Made by a program: the position numbers and the translations under genes. A stretch of 24,000 bases of DNA from Mesorhizobium sp. M8A.F.Ca.ET.218.01.1.1. GTDB lineage: Bacteria; Pseudomonadota; Alphaproteobacteria; Rhizobiales; Rhizobiaceae. Position 1 is the stretch's first letter; the number at the start of each line of letters is the position of its first letter. The stretch is from NCBI RefSeq assembly GCF_004791165.1, contig NZ_SRUZ01000009.1, positions 64,873 to 88,872 of the forward strand. The letters run 5' to 3'. Below are positions 1 to 8,612 of this stretch, piece after piece. The notes below the pieces were generated by a model. The model did not search any database. It saw only the letters and a list, made by a program, of their open reading frames with translations, and was not told the DNA's origin.

Positions 1-1088
1 GGATCGCCCGCAACGAGCCGGAGATATTCCAGGCGGCGCATACGATCTGCGAATATCAGGATTTCATGACTCTGCGGCTAACCGGCGAGCGGGCCGCCAG
101 CCTCAACAATATCGCGCTTCGCTGGCATTACCAGACGGATCGCGGCGGATGGGCGACATCGCTGATCGAGACGCTCGGCATACCCGAACTGATGCAGAAA
201 TGGCCGCAGCGCGTGGTGCCCCCCGGTGAAGTCGTCGGCACGCTGAGCGCCAAGGCGGCCGATGCGCTGGGGCTTCCCGCCACGGTCAAGCTCGTGCAGG
301 GCGGCGCGGATGCGCTGATCGGCATGATCGGTCTCGGCGTGGCGCAGCCGGGCCAGTTGGCGCTGATCACTGGCTCCTCGCACCTGCAGTTCGGTGTCTC
401 GGAGACGCCGCTCAACGCGCCGGGGATCTGGGGCAGCTATCCCGATTGCGTCTATCCCAAACGCTACATCGTTGAAGGGGGGCAGACCTCCACAGGCTCG
501 ATCATCGCCTGGCTTGGGCGCTTGATGAACGGCACGATGGATCTCGACGAATTGAACCGCAAGGCCGTCGCACTCGAGCCGGGCTGCGACGGGCTGATCG
601 TGCAGGATCATTTCCAGGGCAATCGCACCCCCTATACAGACCCGCTGTCCCGCGGCGCCATTATCGGCCTGACGCTTGCGCATCATCCACATCATATCTT
701 CCGGGCGATCATGGAAGGTATCGGTTTCGGCACCCGCGCCATCCTCGATGCCATGGCCGACGCGGGCTATAGCGGCCAGGAAATTACGGTTGGCGGCGGG
801 GCCGGGGCATCGGATCTCTGGTTGCAGATCCATGCCGATACGGCGGGCCTGCCGGTTTGCGTGCCCGGATCCCGCGATGCGCCGTCCGTCGGTTCGGCTG
901 TGCTTGCCGCCCATGGTGCCGGCCATTTCGCTACTATCGACGACGGGATCGCGGCTATGGTCAAACCCGGAAAGCGCATCGAGCCACGCCCGCGCGAGGC
1001 AGGGCTGTATAACGATATCTACCTGCAATACCGGGCGCTCTATCCCGCCTTGAAATCCATTCGCCAGATGAGCGGAACCACGGCATGA
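1..1088 (+). CDS. FGGY-family carbohydrate kinase (xylulo-/ribulokinase-like), 3' portion; 5' end lies outside the window
   Basis: The frame is open from base 3 (IARNEPEIFQAAHTICEYQDF precedes the tracked Met at 66). FGGY C-terminal motifs GGADALIGMIGLG and GGGAGASDLWLQIHADTAGLPV are present. The stop overlaps the next start (ATGA at 1085-1088). Confidence 0.85.
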   Translation, partial: IARNEPEIFQAAHTICEYQDFMTLRLTGERAASLNNIALRWHYQTDRGGWATSLIETLGIPELMQKWPQRVVPPGEVVGTLSAKAADALGLPATVKLVQGGADALIGMIGLGVAQPGQLALITGSSHLQFGVSETPLNAPGIWGSYPDCVYPKRYIVEGGQTSTGSIIAWLGRLMNGTMDLDELNRKAVALEPGCDGLIVQDHFQGNRTPYTDPLSRGAIIGLTLAHHPHHIFRAIMEGIGFGTRAILDAMADAGYSGQEITVGGGAGASDLWLQIHADTAGLPVCVPGSRDAPSVGSAVLAAHGAGHFATIDDGIAAMVKPGKRIEPRPREAGLYNDIYLQYRALYPALKSIRQMSGTTA

Positions 1089-1858
1089 CGGGCGATGCGG
1101 ATTTCAGGCTGGACGGCAAGGTGGCGGTGGTGACGGGGGCGGCCCGCGGCATTGGCCGGGCAGTGGCCGAGCGGCTGGCGGCAGCCGGTGCGCATGTGGT
1201 AATTGCCGATCGCGACGAGGCGGAGACTGCAGTTGCAATGTCTGCCATCGAGCAGGCAGGCGGCACTGCGAGCGCCATTGCGCTCGACGTCACGGATCGC
1301 GATCAGATCGCCGAGGTGGTCGAGCGTCTCTATGCCGCGCATCGCAGGATCGACATCCTCATCAGCAACGCAGGCATTGTGCGCAATGCGCCGGCCGCGG
1401 AGATGAGTCTCGACGACTGGAAATCCGTGATCGATATCGATCTTGGCGGGGTCTTCAATTGCTCGCAGGCCTTTGGACGGCGCATGATTGCGGACGGGCG
1501 CGGCGTGATCGTCAATATCTCGTCTATCTGCGGCGAGGTGACTGTCTATCCGCAGCCGCAGGTCTCCTACAATGCGGCCAAGGCCGGGGTAAATCTCCTG
1601 ACCAAATCGCTGGCCGTGGAGTGGGCCAAACAGGGCGTGCGCGTCAACGCCGTAGCACCCGGCTATGTCGCCACCGAGCTGACACTGCGGGGCCGCAGCA
1701 ACGAGGAATGGTTCGGCACCTGGATGCGCATGACCCCGATGGGGCGCCTCGGCGAACCGCGAGAAATCGCCAACGCAGTTCTTTTTCTGGCCGCCGACGC
1801 ATCGAGCTACATCACCGGCACGGTGCTGACGGTCGATGGCGGCTATACCGCCATGTAA
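1085..1858 (+). CDS. Short-chain dehydrogenase/reductase (SDR) family oxidoreductase
   Basis: 257 aa. Has the TGAARGIGRAVA cofactor-binding motif (TGxxxGIG), NAG, and catalytic S...YNAAK (YxxxK). Translationally coupled to the kinase gene. Confidence 0.9.
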   Translation: MTGDADFRLDGKVAVVTGAARGIGRAVAERLAAAGAHVVIADRDEAETAVAMSAIEQAGGTASAIALDVTDRDQIAEVVERLYAAHRRIDILISNAGIVRNAPAAEMSLDDWKSVIDIDLGGVFNCSQAFGRRMIADGRGVIVNISSICGEVTVYPQPQVSYNAAKAGVNLLTKSLAVEWAKQGVRVNAVAPGYVATELTLRGRSNEEWFGTWMRMTPMGRLGEPREIANAVLFLAADASSYITGTVLTVDGGYTAM

Positions 1859-1876
1859 TCTGGAGGACTTTGAAAG

Positions 1877-2632
1877 ATGAGTGAACAGACGAGAACGGTG
1901 TTGGTAACAGGCGCCAGCCGCGGCATCGGCAAGGCCATTGCGATCGGCATGGCCAAGCGTGGCTATGATGTGGCGATCAACGATATCAAGCGTCAGAAAG
2001 ACCTGCTTTCAGAGCTTGCGCGCGAGATCGAAGCACTCGGCCGCCGCGCCCTTATCGTGTTTGCCGATGTCAGCAGCAAGGCCGATGTCGGCCGAATGGC
2101 GGGCGAGATCCGTGCCGCCTTCGGGCACCTCGATGCCGTCGTCAACAACGCCGGCATTTTGATTTCCGGCGATGTCGAAGGCCTGAAGGAGGAATACTGG
2201 GACAGCGTTATGGACGTGAACGCGAAGGGCACTTTCCTTGTCATCCAGTCCGTTCTGCCGATGATGAAGGCCCGGAAATATGGCCGCATCGTCAACATCG
2301 CCTCAATCGGCGGCAAGCATGGCGCGCCCGAACAGGCGCATTACTCCGCGTCCAAGGCGGCGGTGATGGGCTTTACCCGGGTTCTGGCGCAGGAAGTTGG
2401 TGTCGATGGCATCACGGCCAATTGCGTCTGCCCCGGCATCATCTTGACCGATATGGGCCGTGTCAATCTCGATGATCCGACCGTGCGCAAGGGCTGGCAG
2501 GACAAGACCGCGATGCGCCGGATCGGCGACCCAGAGGATGTTGTCGGCGCAGTTGCCTTTTTAGCATCCGACGATGCAGCCTTCATCACGGGTCAGACAT
2601 TAAATGTCGATGGCGGCATCGTGCTGAGTTGA
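1877..2632 (+). CDS. SDR family oxidoreductase (FabG-like 3-oxoacyl reductase type)
   Basis: 251 aa. Has TGASRGIGKAIA, NNAG and YSASKAAV. GGAGGA at 1862-1867 is a good RBS about 10 nt upstream of the ATG. Confidence 0.9.
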   Translation: MSEQTRTVLVTGASRGIGKAIAIGMAKRGYDVAINDIKRQKDLLSELAREIEALGRRALIVFADVSSKADVGRMAGEIRAAFGHLDAVVNNAGILISGDVEGLKEEYWDSVMDVNAKGTFLVIQSVLPMMKARKYGRIVNIASIGGKHGAPEQAHYSASKAAVMGFTRVLAQEVGVDGITANCVCPGIILTDMGRVNLDDPTVRKGWQDKTAMRRIGDPEDVVGAVAFLASDDAAFITGQTLNVDGGIVLS

Positions 2633-2709
2633 ATTCAAGATGCTGAAAACGTGGAGGCATTCTCATCTCCTTCGGACCGTGTCAAAAGAATCCCATGAAA
2701 CATCCGCGT

Positions 2710-2736
2710 GCAGCAAGGCGATTGCTGCCTTTGGTT
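2710..2736 (+). terminator. Possible intrinsic terminator of the kinase/SDR operon
   Basis: 7-bp stem GCAGCAA (2710-2716) / TTGCTGC (2722-2728) with a 5-nt loop, followed by CTTTGGTT. It lies about 80 nt after the SDR stop. The T-tract is weak. Confidence 0.3.
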
Positions 2737-2788
2737 GATAAAGGCCCGACACGAGGTCGAACGGAGCAGGAACGTTATACGGCGCGCC

Positions 2789-3354
2789 TTAGCCCAACCG
2801 GAAGACGAAGCGACCTGAAGCCTTCCGGGAGACGTTGCTCGCTGCCCCAGGTGTGCCCCTGTCCGATCGACCATGCCGTCCGACCTTCATGCCTTCGTCA
2901 AAGCGTGCGGCATGGCGCTGCAGCGTCCGCAGGGAATAGCTGACCGCCGTGCCCTCCCAGTTCCGCGTTGGGTTGTCTGCTAGCTCGGACAGAGCGTCGG
3001 TGCGGGCAGTCGATTTGGCTGGATGCTGAAGCACTGGCCTCAGGTAATCGAGCCACCATGTGTGCTCTGCCGTCCTGCCGGTGATTGATTTCGAGTGGTC
3101 TCCAACGAGGGTTTGAGAGACCTTTAAGCGGTGCTGGTATTCGAGCGGCAGGGACGCGGAATTCACCTATATTGCTCCCCGGCGTTCCCGCCGCGCCGAC
3201 CATTGACCTTCCGCACTTCGAGCGGATTTTTTCGCCAGTGACGCCGACGAAGAGCGCGGTGAGCGACTTGTCGCCCAATGCCGACCAGCGCAGCAAACTC
3301 AACTGTGGGCAGCCACTCACTCATAGCTAGCAACCTGGCGTCGACGCGGGGCAA
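2789..3354 (-). pseudogene. MuA-like (Mu-type DDE) transposase, N-terminal DNA-binding part only; frameshifted and 3'-truncated
   Basis: Two ORFs in different frames abut at 3163-3166. Joined, they read MSEWLPTVEFAALVGIGRQVAHRAL..WRKNPLEVRKVNGRRGGNAGEQYR / VNSASLPLEYQHRL...SYSLRTLQRHAARFDEG..GRHGRSDRG. This follows the MuA N-terminal pattern as I remember it (W..xE.A.LPG...GW..R.R.G.KGG.A.EY...SLP) and the downstream RSDxG motif. No DDE catalytic core follows before the SDR gene. Confidence 0.6.
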
Positions 3355-3379
3355 TTCCTGAGAATTTTGCGGGGATATG

Positions 3380-3428
3380 CTACCTCGCGAACGTGTAGAC
3401 TATTTAGATCGTCCGAGACTACCTCGCG
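3380..3428. repeat. Direct repeat CTACCTCGCG x2
   Basis: Exact 10-mers at 3380-3389 and 3419-3428, with 39-bp periodicity, in non-coding DNA beside the transposase remnant. Confidence 0.6.
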
Positions 3429-3599
3429 GAGGCAATATCGGCGAGTGCGAGCGCCACTCGCTCGATGAGGGTTACCAAACCTGTCGCTGGAGGTTACGAA
3501 TGCGCGTGTTCGTTGGCCTTAGGTTCCCAATCGTGGCTGCAATAAGCTCAATCAAAACATCCCCTTAAGGCCAGTCGGGAATCGATTGTCGTCGGGGCA

Positions 3600-3636
3600 C
3601 ATTGGTAACCTGTTGTCCAAAGGGCATTGGTAACCT
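3600..3636. repeat. Direct repeat CATTGGTAACCT x2
   Basis: Exact 12-mers at 3600-3611 and 3625-3636 (25-bp spacing), each preceded by GGGCA / GGGGCA. The inverted partial GGTTACCAAACCTG lies at about 3469-3482. Confidence 0.6.
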
Positions 3637-3680
3637 CTTCGGGCGAAAGCGGCGGGATATCATCCACTTAGAAGTCCGGC

Positions 3681-3734
3681 CGACGACAGATAATTCTGGA
3701 CTCTTGCCCCTCACGACGACAGATAATTCCGGAC
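3681..3734. repeat. Direct repeat CGACGACAGATAATTCYGGAC x2
   Basis: 21-mers at 3681-3701 and 3714-3734 differ at one base and are 33 bp apart (about 3 helical turns). They explain the duplicated IICRR peptide in the spurious ORF 3668-4126. Confidence 0.7.
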
Positions 3735-3849
3735 GTCATACCAGTCTGCCATTTATGCGACTTTTGAGGCCCAAATGGTGAACACCAATGCCGTCCTTGT
3801 TGGCGCGGCGCCTCATCGATCGGACTTGTGCTCCCGCGGTGGGCCCTGA

Positions 3850-6264
3850 TCATGCCGCGACCGCTTGGTCCGGAGTGAAGACGTGGGGCAGGTAGTTCAT
3901 CAGCGTTTGGCCATCGGCATTTCGGCTGAGCTCGATGGTAATCAGCCGGTCGTTCTGGAACGCCGGGCTGAGCTCCAGCGAGAGATAATCGAACAGCGGC
4001 TTTTCGTGCACCGCGATAATGATCTGACGCTGCAGGTTTGATTTGGCCAGCATTCTGAGCAGTGCGGTGAACTGGGCAATATGGACCTCGTCCATGCTCT
4101 GCACGGGGTCGTCGATCACCAGCCAAGGGAGGTCGGGGGAAACCGAAAGATGTAGAGCGAGGAAAAGCGTGAGCGCGGCCGTGTTGAGATTGCCGGCACT
4201 CAGCATTGCGCGGGGATCGCCGCCCTTGCCGCCCGAGCGATACCAGGTCTCAAGCACCGCCTCTACCGGACCGCCATTGGTTTCGGGGACGGCAAAGGCG
4301 GGCACAAAAGGCTCTTCCGGCGCCAGCCGCACGAAGAGGTCGCGCCACACCCGGTTTAGCGAGCCGTTGAAGACTTTCCTGACAATGGCGGTCCGGGCTT
4401 CTCCCGCGCGCTTTGCCAGTTCGCGGGCGTCAAGAATCAGGCGGTCAGCGCGATCTTTCGCGGCATTCAGCCTGCCAAGGCGACCCTGAGCGGTTCCCGT
4501 TGCAATAACGACTGGTTGCCGTGAGGCATTGAGCCGCTGCACTTCAAGGGCGTTTCCCGCCATTTCGCGGCGGATCGTCTGGTTCGCGGTATAGATTTCG
4601 ACGAGGCGTGACGCCTCGGCGGCAAAGCGCGACAGAGCGGCTGCAATATCTTCGGTCGGGCCGAGAGGCGCCACACCGAGCTCCGTGCTGAAGCGCTCGA
4701 CCGACTGGCGCAAAGCGGTGCCGCCCTGGTCCTGGACGGCGAGATCTGAAAGCGCGCGGGAGGCCGCAGCGGCCTCACCCATCAGGCGTTGACCTTCCTC
4801 CACGTCGCTGATCATGCCGGCCAGTGACAGGTCCACTTCCTGCAACAGTGCGACGCGGGTCCGAAGCGCGTCTCGATTGGTGGCGTCGAGGCGTCGCCCT
4901 CGGACTTCGCCGAGCTCCCTCTCGGCGACGACCACTGTCGAAAGGGAAGAGGTCCGGTCGCGGCTTAGGGCCTGGAGCTGCCCGGCGACAGCGGTGAGCT
5001 CTGCTATCCGCGCAGAGACATGGGCCTGTAGCGGCACCTCCGAGGTCTCTTTGAAATTGCGGCCGCAAACCGGGCAGTCGTCGGTATGGATATGCGGCAG
5101 CACGCCGCTCAATGACTGGGCAAGGGCGCCGGCCTCGGATGCGAGGTTCGAGATTTGTTGCTCGAGCGCCTGTATGCGCGCCCGACCGCGTGTGACGGCG
5201 CCCTCATGATCGGCCTCGAGCTTGGCGTCGGCTGCGTCGTTGTCGAGAAGTTCCTGGCAACGCCGAAGTTCTTCCCGCACCGCTCTTGTCGCGGCGGCAT
5301 GGGCCGGCTGGGGCCCGCCGGCGCTCAACGACGGAAGGTCGGAGAACAAGGGCATGAGCCGTTCGAGCACGGCCTGAAGCGCGGCTCCCTTTGTCGCGGA
5401 CCATGCCGCGACCGCCCGGCCGGCGTTCTCGCTGCGCGGCTGCGCGGCGGCGCGATCGCGAGCAAGGTCTGTGCCGGCGATCTGCTGCCATTGCAAGCCA
5501 GCGGCCTCAAGCTCGCGGCGCACCGTCGTGAGCCTCAGGAGTTCGCTCTGCTCGGTCTCGCCGGCAGTTGGGCCGGTGGCGGGACCGTCGCCAACTGAGA
5601 CCAATCGATTCGATAGAGCGTCGTTCTGCTCTTCGAGCTGTCGGATCCTGACGTCGGTCTTCTCCAATTCGGCACCCAGGCGGTCACGTTCGCCCTCGAC
5701 CTGGGGAATGGTGTCCCTGGTCTCGCCATATCCCGGAACGCCGCTTCGCAGCCGCCGCACATCACCCGCATCATGCAGGCCATCGATGATGGCATCGAGG
5801 TGATCCAGGCCCAGCAAGTCCTTGACGAACTTGGTAAGGGCGGAATCCGAGCGCTTCGCGGAATCCTGATAGAGTTCGAGCAGGCGGCCCAGCGATGACT
5901 GCGCGAGGAAGCAGCGTTCGGCATAGAACCGGGCGAGATCCGGTCCGAGCAGCGCCTCGCCCTCTATCGCATTGGCGGTCACCTTGAGGCTGGCCTCATT
6001 GCGCTTGAGGCCACTCGTCTCAATTTTGAGCTCCGCGGACTTGGCGTCCTTGTGGACGAGGTGGGCTGCGTAGTCGGGATCGACCCGTTGGAGCGACGCG
6101 ACTTGGCCCGTCAGAGCCAGCTCGATGGCCGACAGCAGGCTTGTTTTGCCCGCGCCGTTTGCGCCGTGGATGAGGACGATGGGAGCGTCCAGCGGGACGG
6201 TGATGGTCCCCTTGATGCTGCGAAAATTTGTGAGGGTGATCGAACTCAACTGAGCAGCGCTCAT
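3850..6264 (-). CDS. Rad50/SMC-like ABC ATPase with long coiled coil and central zinc hook (LmuB-like / ABC-3C ATPase component)
   Basis: 804 aa. N-terminus ITLTNFRSIKG..., Walker A GANGAGKTS (nt 6139-6165), Q-loop region CFLAQSSLG. CPVC lies at aa 397-400 (nt 5065-5076), at the protein midpoint between helix-rich Ala/Leu/Glu/Arg segments. C-terminus has signature-like LSAGN, Walker B/D-loop WLVIDDPVQSMD and H-loop AVHEK. The ATG overlaps the upstream stop (ATGA at 6261-6264). Confidence 0.85.
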   Translation of the reverse strand: MSAAQLSSITLTNFRSIKGTITVPLDAPIVLIHGANGAGKTSLLSAIELALTGQVASLQRVDPDYAAHLVHKDAKSAELKIETSGLKRNEASLKVTANAIEGEALLGPDLARFYAERCFLAQSSLGRLLELYQDSAKRSDSALTKFVKDLLGLDHLDAIIDGLHDAGDVRRLRSGVPGYGETRDTIPQVEGERDRLGAELEKTDVRIRQLEEQNDALSNRLVSVGDGPATGPTAGETEQSELLRLTTVRRELEAAGLQWQQIAGTDLARDRAAAQPRSENAGRAVAAWSATKGAALQAVLERLMPLFSDLPSLSAGGPQPAHAAATRAVREELRRCQELLDNDAADAKLEADHEGAVTRGRARIQALEQQISNLASEAGALAQSLSGVLPHIHTDDCPVCGRNFKETSEVPLQAHVSARIAELTAVAGQLQALSRDRTSSLSTVVVAERELGEVRGRRLDATNRDALRTRVALLQEVDLSLAGMISDVEEGQRLMGEAAAASRALSDLAVQDQGGTALRQSVERFSTELGVAPLGPTEDIAAALSRFAAEASRLVEIYTANQTIRREMAGNALEVQRLNASRQPVVIATGTAQGRLGRLNAAKDRADRLILDARELAKRAGEARTAIVRKVFNGSLNRVWRDLFVRLAPEEPFVPAFAVPETNGGPVEAVLETWYRSGGKGGDPRAMLSAGNLNTAALTLFLALHLSVSPDLPWLVIDDPVQSMDEVHIAQFTALLRMLAKSNLQRQIIIAVHEKPLFDYLSLELSPAFQNDRLITIELSRNADGQTLMNYLPHVFTPDQAVAA

Positions 6265-6878
6265 TCCGAAGCTCCCTGTGTTAACTCTGGCCCAAGATCG
6301 ATGTCTTCTTCTGGTTCAATTTCTGCCTCGATGGCGGCGTTGAGAAGCTCGTGCAGATGTTGCTGGACGCCATCTGCGCCTTGGTCCGCGAAGGCAACCA
6401 GGCCGACGATATTTTGGTCGAGATCGGCGGATCTGCTGACGATCGAGTCTAGCGACTCCGCCGTGTCGCTGGTCGGTTCAGGCAACTTGAGCGGCAGCAG
6501 GACAGCCAGCCAGTTCTCCAGCAGAGCAGTTGTCGCTCCCTGTTCGGTCACACCGACGGGAAGCACACGGCAAACCTTGGTCATCGCATCAAGCGTGGCG
6601 GCGGAGGGTTTGGGCCCGACAAGGATCGTGGTCAGGGGACGTTTGGAGCGGGTGACGTCGAGCGCGCGCGCCACCCCTTCCACCTTGCGGAGGATCTTCT
6701 GTTCGGTGTCGAACGCCGTGTCAGCGACAAGGATGAGGTCGGGCGACGGGCTTTCGCCGACGAGGGCGGCTGGAAGATCGAACGATAGGCCGGCGATCGA
6801 CAGCGGGACTGACAGAGGGCGGTAACCCGCTTCCGAAAGCAGCGCGACGACCCCCTCGACTGGCGTGGCGCTGGTCAT
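6261..6878 (-). CDS. 205-aa protein of unknown function; sits where the middle component (LmuC-like) lies in an effector/middle/ABC-ATPase operon
   Basis: ATGA overlaps at both ends (6875-6878 and 6261-6264) indicate translational coupling. It has an acidic C-terminal tail (EAEIEPEEDIDLGPE). I recognise no family motif, so the call rests on position and size only. Confidence 0.55.
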   Translation of the reverse strand: MTSATPVEGVVALLSEAGYRPLSVPLSIAGLSFDLPAALVGESPSPDLILVADTAFDTEQKILRKVEGVARALDVTRSKRPLTTILVGPKPSAATLDAMTKVCRVLPVGVTEQGATTALLENWLAVLLPLKLPEPTSDTAESLDSIVSRSADLDQNIVGLVAFADQGADGVQQHLHELLNAAIEAEIEPEEDIDLGPELTQGASE

Positions 6879-8593
6879 ATCGCTGCCTCCGAACGAAACT
6901 GCTGCATGAGATCTGCCGCACTGGTCGCGTGCTGGAGCAGGTCGTAAATGCTGACCTCCCGCAATCCCAGCACGCCCGTCCGACCGGGTGAGCTTCGGGG
7001 CGAGCGGGGCATCGGCGGTGGCTTCTCTGCACTATAGACCAGGACGGCGTCCTCGTTGTCATCGATATGGCCATTCTGCTGCAGCCGGATGGCTGACCGG
7101 CCATTGGCCGCAAGGACAAGCTTAGTGCTTGCCGACGCAGTCACCACTTTCACCGCACCCGAGGCGGGATCAGCGGGATCACTTTCGGCTAGGGTCCAGG
7201 TGCCCTCCGCCACGCCAATACCAAGCAAACCGGCAAAGACCGCGATCTCCGGCAATCCGGATGAAGGGAGGGTCTGGTCAGCCGCAATCTGATGAAGCGG
7301 CAAGGGCGTTACAGGGTTGTAGCGGCGCGGGGCAACCCCTGCCCCCCCGTCCCGGAACATCATCATCGTGCGCGAGGCGTGGTCGACGAATTTGCGGACG
7401 AACTGCAGTCGATCGCCATTGTCGAGGGTCGCCAGGTGGTCCCGCAGTGCCACCACTCCCTGTTGCAGAGCCGCGCGCGCGGCGGGGTCGAGGGTACCCT
7501 GGACCGTGTCGACCATGACCTGCATCTTGTCGGCGATGACCGAGAGTACGAGCGCGAGCAAAAGCGGGTTGGCGTATGCTCTGACAAGCGACTGCTCGTT
7601 GATCTGGTCGCGGGTCGCCGCCGTATAGATCTGCGGATAGACGTTCTTGAGTAGTCCCTCCTGGTCGGCGCCGACCTGTTCTCCCGAGAAGACGAAGCTG
7701 GGCCTGTTTCCGGGCCAGGGCCAGCGCATCACTGATTCCGCCTTTGCGAAGAAGGCCTGGATATTGGAGTCCTGGGCCGATAGGCCCATCATGATGGTCG
7801 GCTTCGAAACGGCAATATCGAGCAGACGGTTGATCACGGCTTGATTTTCGGGTGCGGCGGCCCAACGGTTGATTTGCGAGTAGCGGCCGACAAGAAACGG
7901 CCTGTAGGTTCCCTCGTCGGCGACGGCCAACACTGCGCAGCCATGAAATTTGATGATCTGACCGGTAAGCTCCGGCTGACGAAGATCCTCGGCGCGAACG
8001 CAGACCACGAGCTTGGGAACGCCTCCCGTCAGTTCGGCAACAGCCTTCTCGACCAGTCCGTCCCAGTTCGCCGTGGCGATGCTAGACGCACTGCCTTCGA
8101 GAACTAGAATGCCCATACATAGATGCTCGACATCGGGTTCGATGGCGGGGTTCGCGAAGGTGGCGGGGACGCCCACGCCGTCCCACAGCAAATAGTCATC
8201 GGCCTTCCCGGCAACGGTGACGTCGAGCAGCCGAGCATAATTGTTGGTCAGCCGCGCGACAATGGCGGCCTGGTCCGGCCAAGCGGCGAAGCCAAGGGTG
8301 AAATCGACCCTTGCCCATTCGTCGGCCGACAGCGGGGCGAGGCCGAGGGCACGCTTGAGGGCTATGTTATAGGGACAGTTGGGGTTGGCCGGATCGCTCT
8401 GCTGGCGCAGAAACTCCATCACACGCACGATGATGTGCTTCAGGCCATCTACCCGTCCGAATGAGATGCCCGAACCAAGCCAAAAGGCATACTGGTCCTC
8501 GGCGATGCCCGTCGCGACGCTGCGAAAGGGACCATCGAGGATGTCGAGGGTTTGACGAACGGAAATCGTTGAAGCGCTTGGCGCAGCTGGCAT
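6875..8593 (-). CDS. SIR2-like (SIR2_2-type) NADase-family effector with a roughly 270-aa C-terminal domain of unknown function (LmuA-Sir2-like)
   Basis: 572 aa. FWLGSGIS (GSGIS aa 40-44, nt 8462-8476), ATANWD with N176 (nt 8066-8068), IKFHG with H217 (nt 7943-7945) and GLSAQD (aa 270-275) match the GAGIS / TTNYD / KxHG / GYSxxD pattern of prokaryotic defence SIR2 domains. It is the first gene of the 3-gene operon. Confidence 0.8.
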   Translation of the reverse strand: MPAAPSASTISVRQTLDILDGPFRSVATGIAEDQYAFWLGSGISFGRVDGLKHIIVRVMEFLRQQSDPANPNCPYNIALKRALGLAPLSADEWARVDFTLGFAAWPDQAAIVARLTNNYARLLDVTVAGKADDYLLWDGVGVPATFANPAIEPDVEHLCMGILVLEGSASSIATANWDGLVEKAVAELTGGVPKLVVCVRAEDLRQPELTGQIIKFHGCAVLAVADEGTYRPFLVGRYSQINRWAAAPENQAVINRLLDIAVSKPTIMMGLSAQDSNIQAFFAKAESVMRWPWPGNRPSFVFSGEQVGADQEGLLKNVYPQIYTAATRDQINEQSLVRAYANPLLLALVLSVIADKMQVMVDTVQGTLDPAARAALQQGVVALRDHLATLDNGDRLQFVRKFVDHASRTMMMFRDGGAGVAPRRYNPVTPLPLHQIAADQTLPSSGLPEIAVFAGLLGIGVAEGTWTLAESDPADPASGAVKVVTASASTKLVLAANGRSAIRLQQNGHIDDNEDAVLVYSAEKPPPMPRSPRSSPGRTGVLGLREVSIYDLLQHATSAADLMQQFRSEAAI

Positions 8594-8612
8594 ACTTTGG
8601 CTTTCGACGCAC

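Noticed and set aside
78-1028. Long antisense or alternative-frame ORFs inside confident genes, for example 78-1028(-), 7278-7865(-), 15868-16572(-), 15981-16595(-), 18982-19692(+), 19025-19630(-), 19762-20325(+), 20142-20792(+), 21394-21903(-).
   Set aside because: All are Arg/Ala/Pro/Gly-rich, have no recognisable motifs, and fully overlap genes with strong family signatures. This is expected background in high-GC DNA.
3355-3660. A search for a tRNA or tmRNA gene as an integration target at the island edges, also at 2633-2790 and 23850-24000.
   Set aside because: I could not find a T-loop-like GGTTCGAATCC box or a cloverleaf-compatible arrangement by eye. A tRNAscan run would be needed to be sure.
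3380-3734. Whether the short direct repeats form a CRISPR array.
   Set aside because: There are only two copies of each of three unrelated repeat sequences. Their lengths (10-21 bp) and spacings (25-39 bp) differ, and there are no cas genes. They fit protein-binding sites better.
3668-4126. A 152-aa minus-strand ORF whose C-terminus contains the duplicated peptide IICRR.
   Set aside because: The peptide repeat simply reflects the 21-bp DNA direct repeats at 3681-3734. The remainder overlaps the 3' end of the ATPase gene in another frame and has Arg/Pro/Gly-rich composition typical of spurious high-GC ORFs.
6698-6743. A PD...EQK string (SPDLILVADTAFDTEQK) in the 205-aa middle protein that resembles a PD-(D/E)xK nuclease motif.
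   Set aside because: It is a single short pattern with no supporting secondary-structure or family evidence. Such strings arise by chance. It is worth a structure prediction but is not a supported call.
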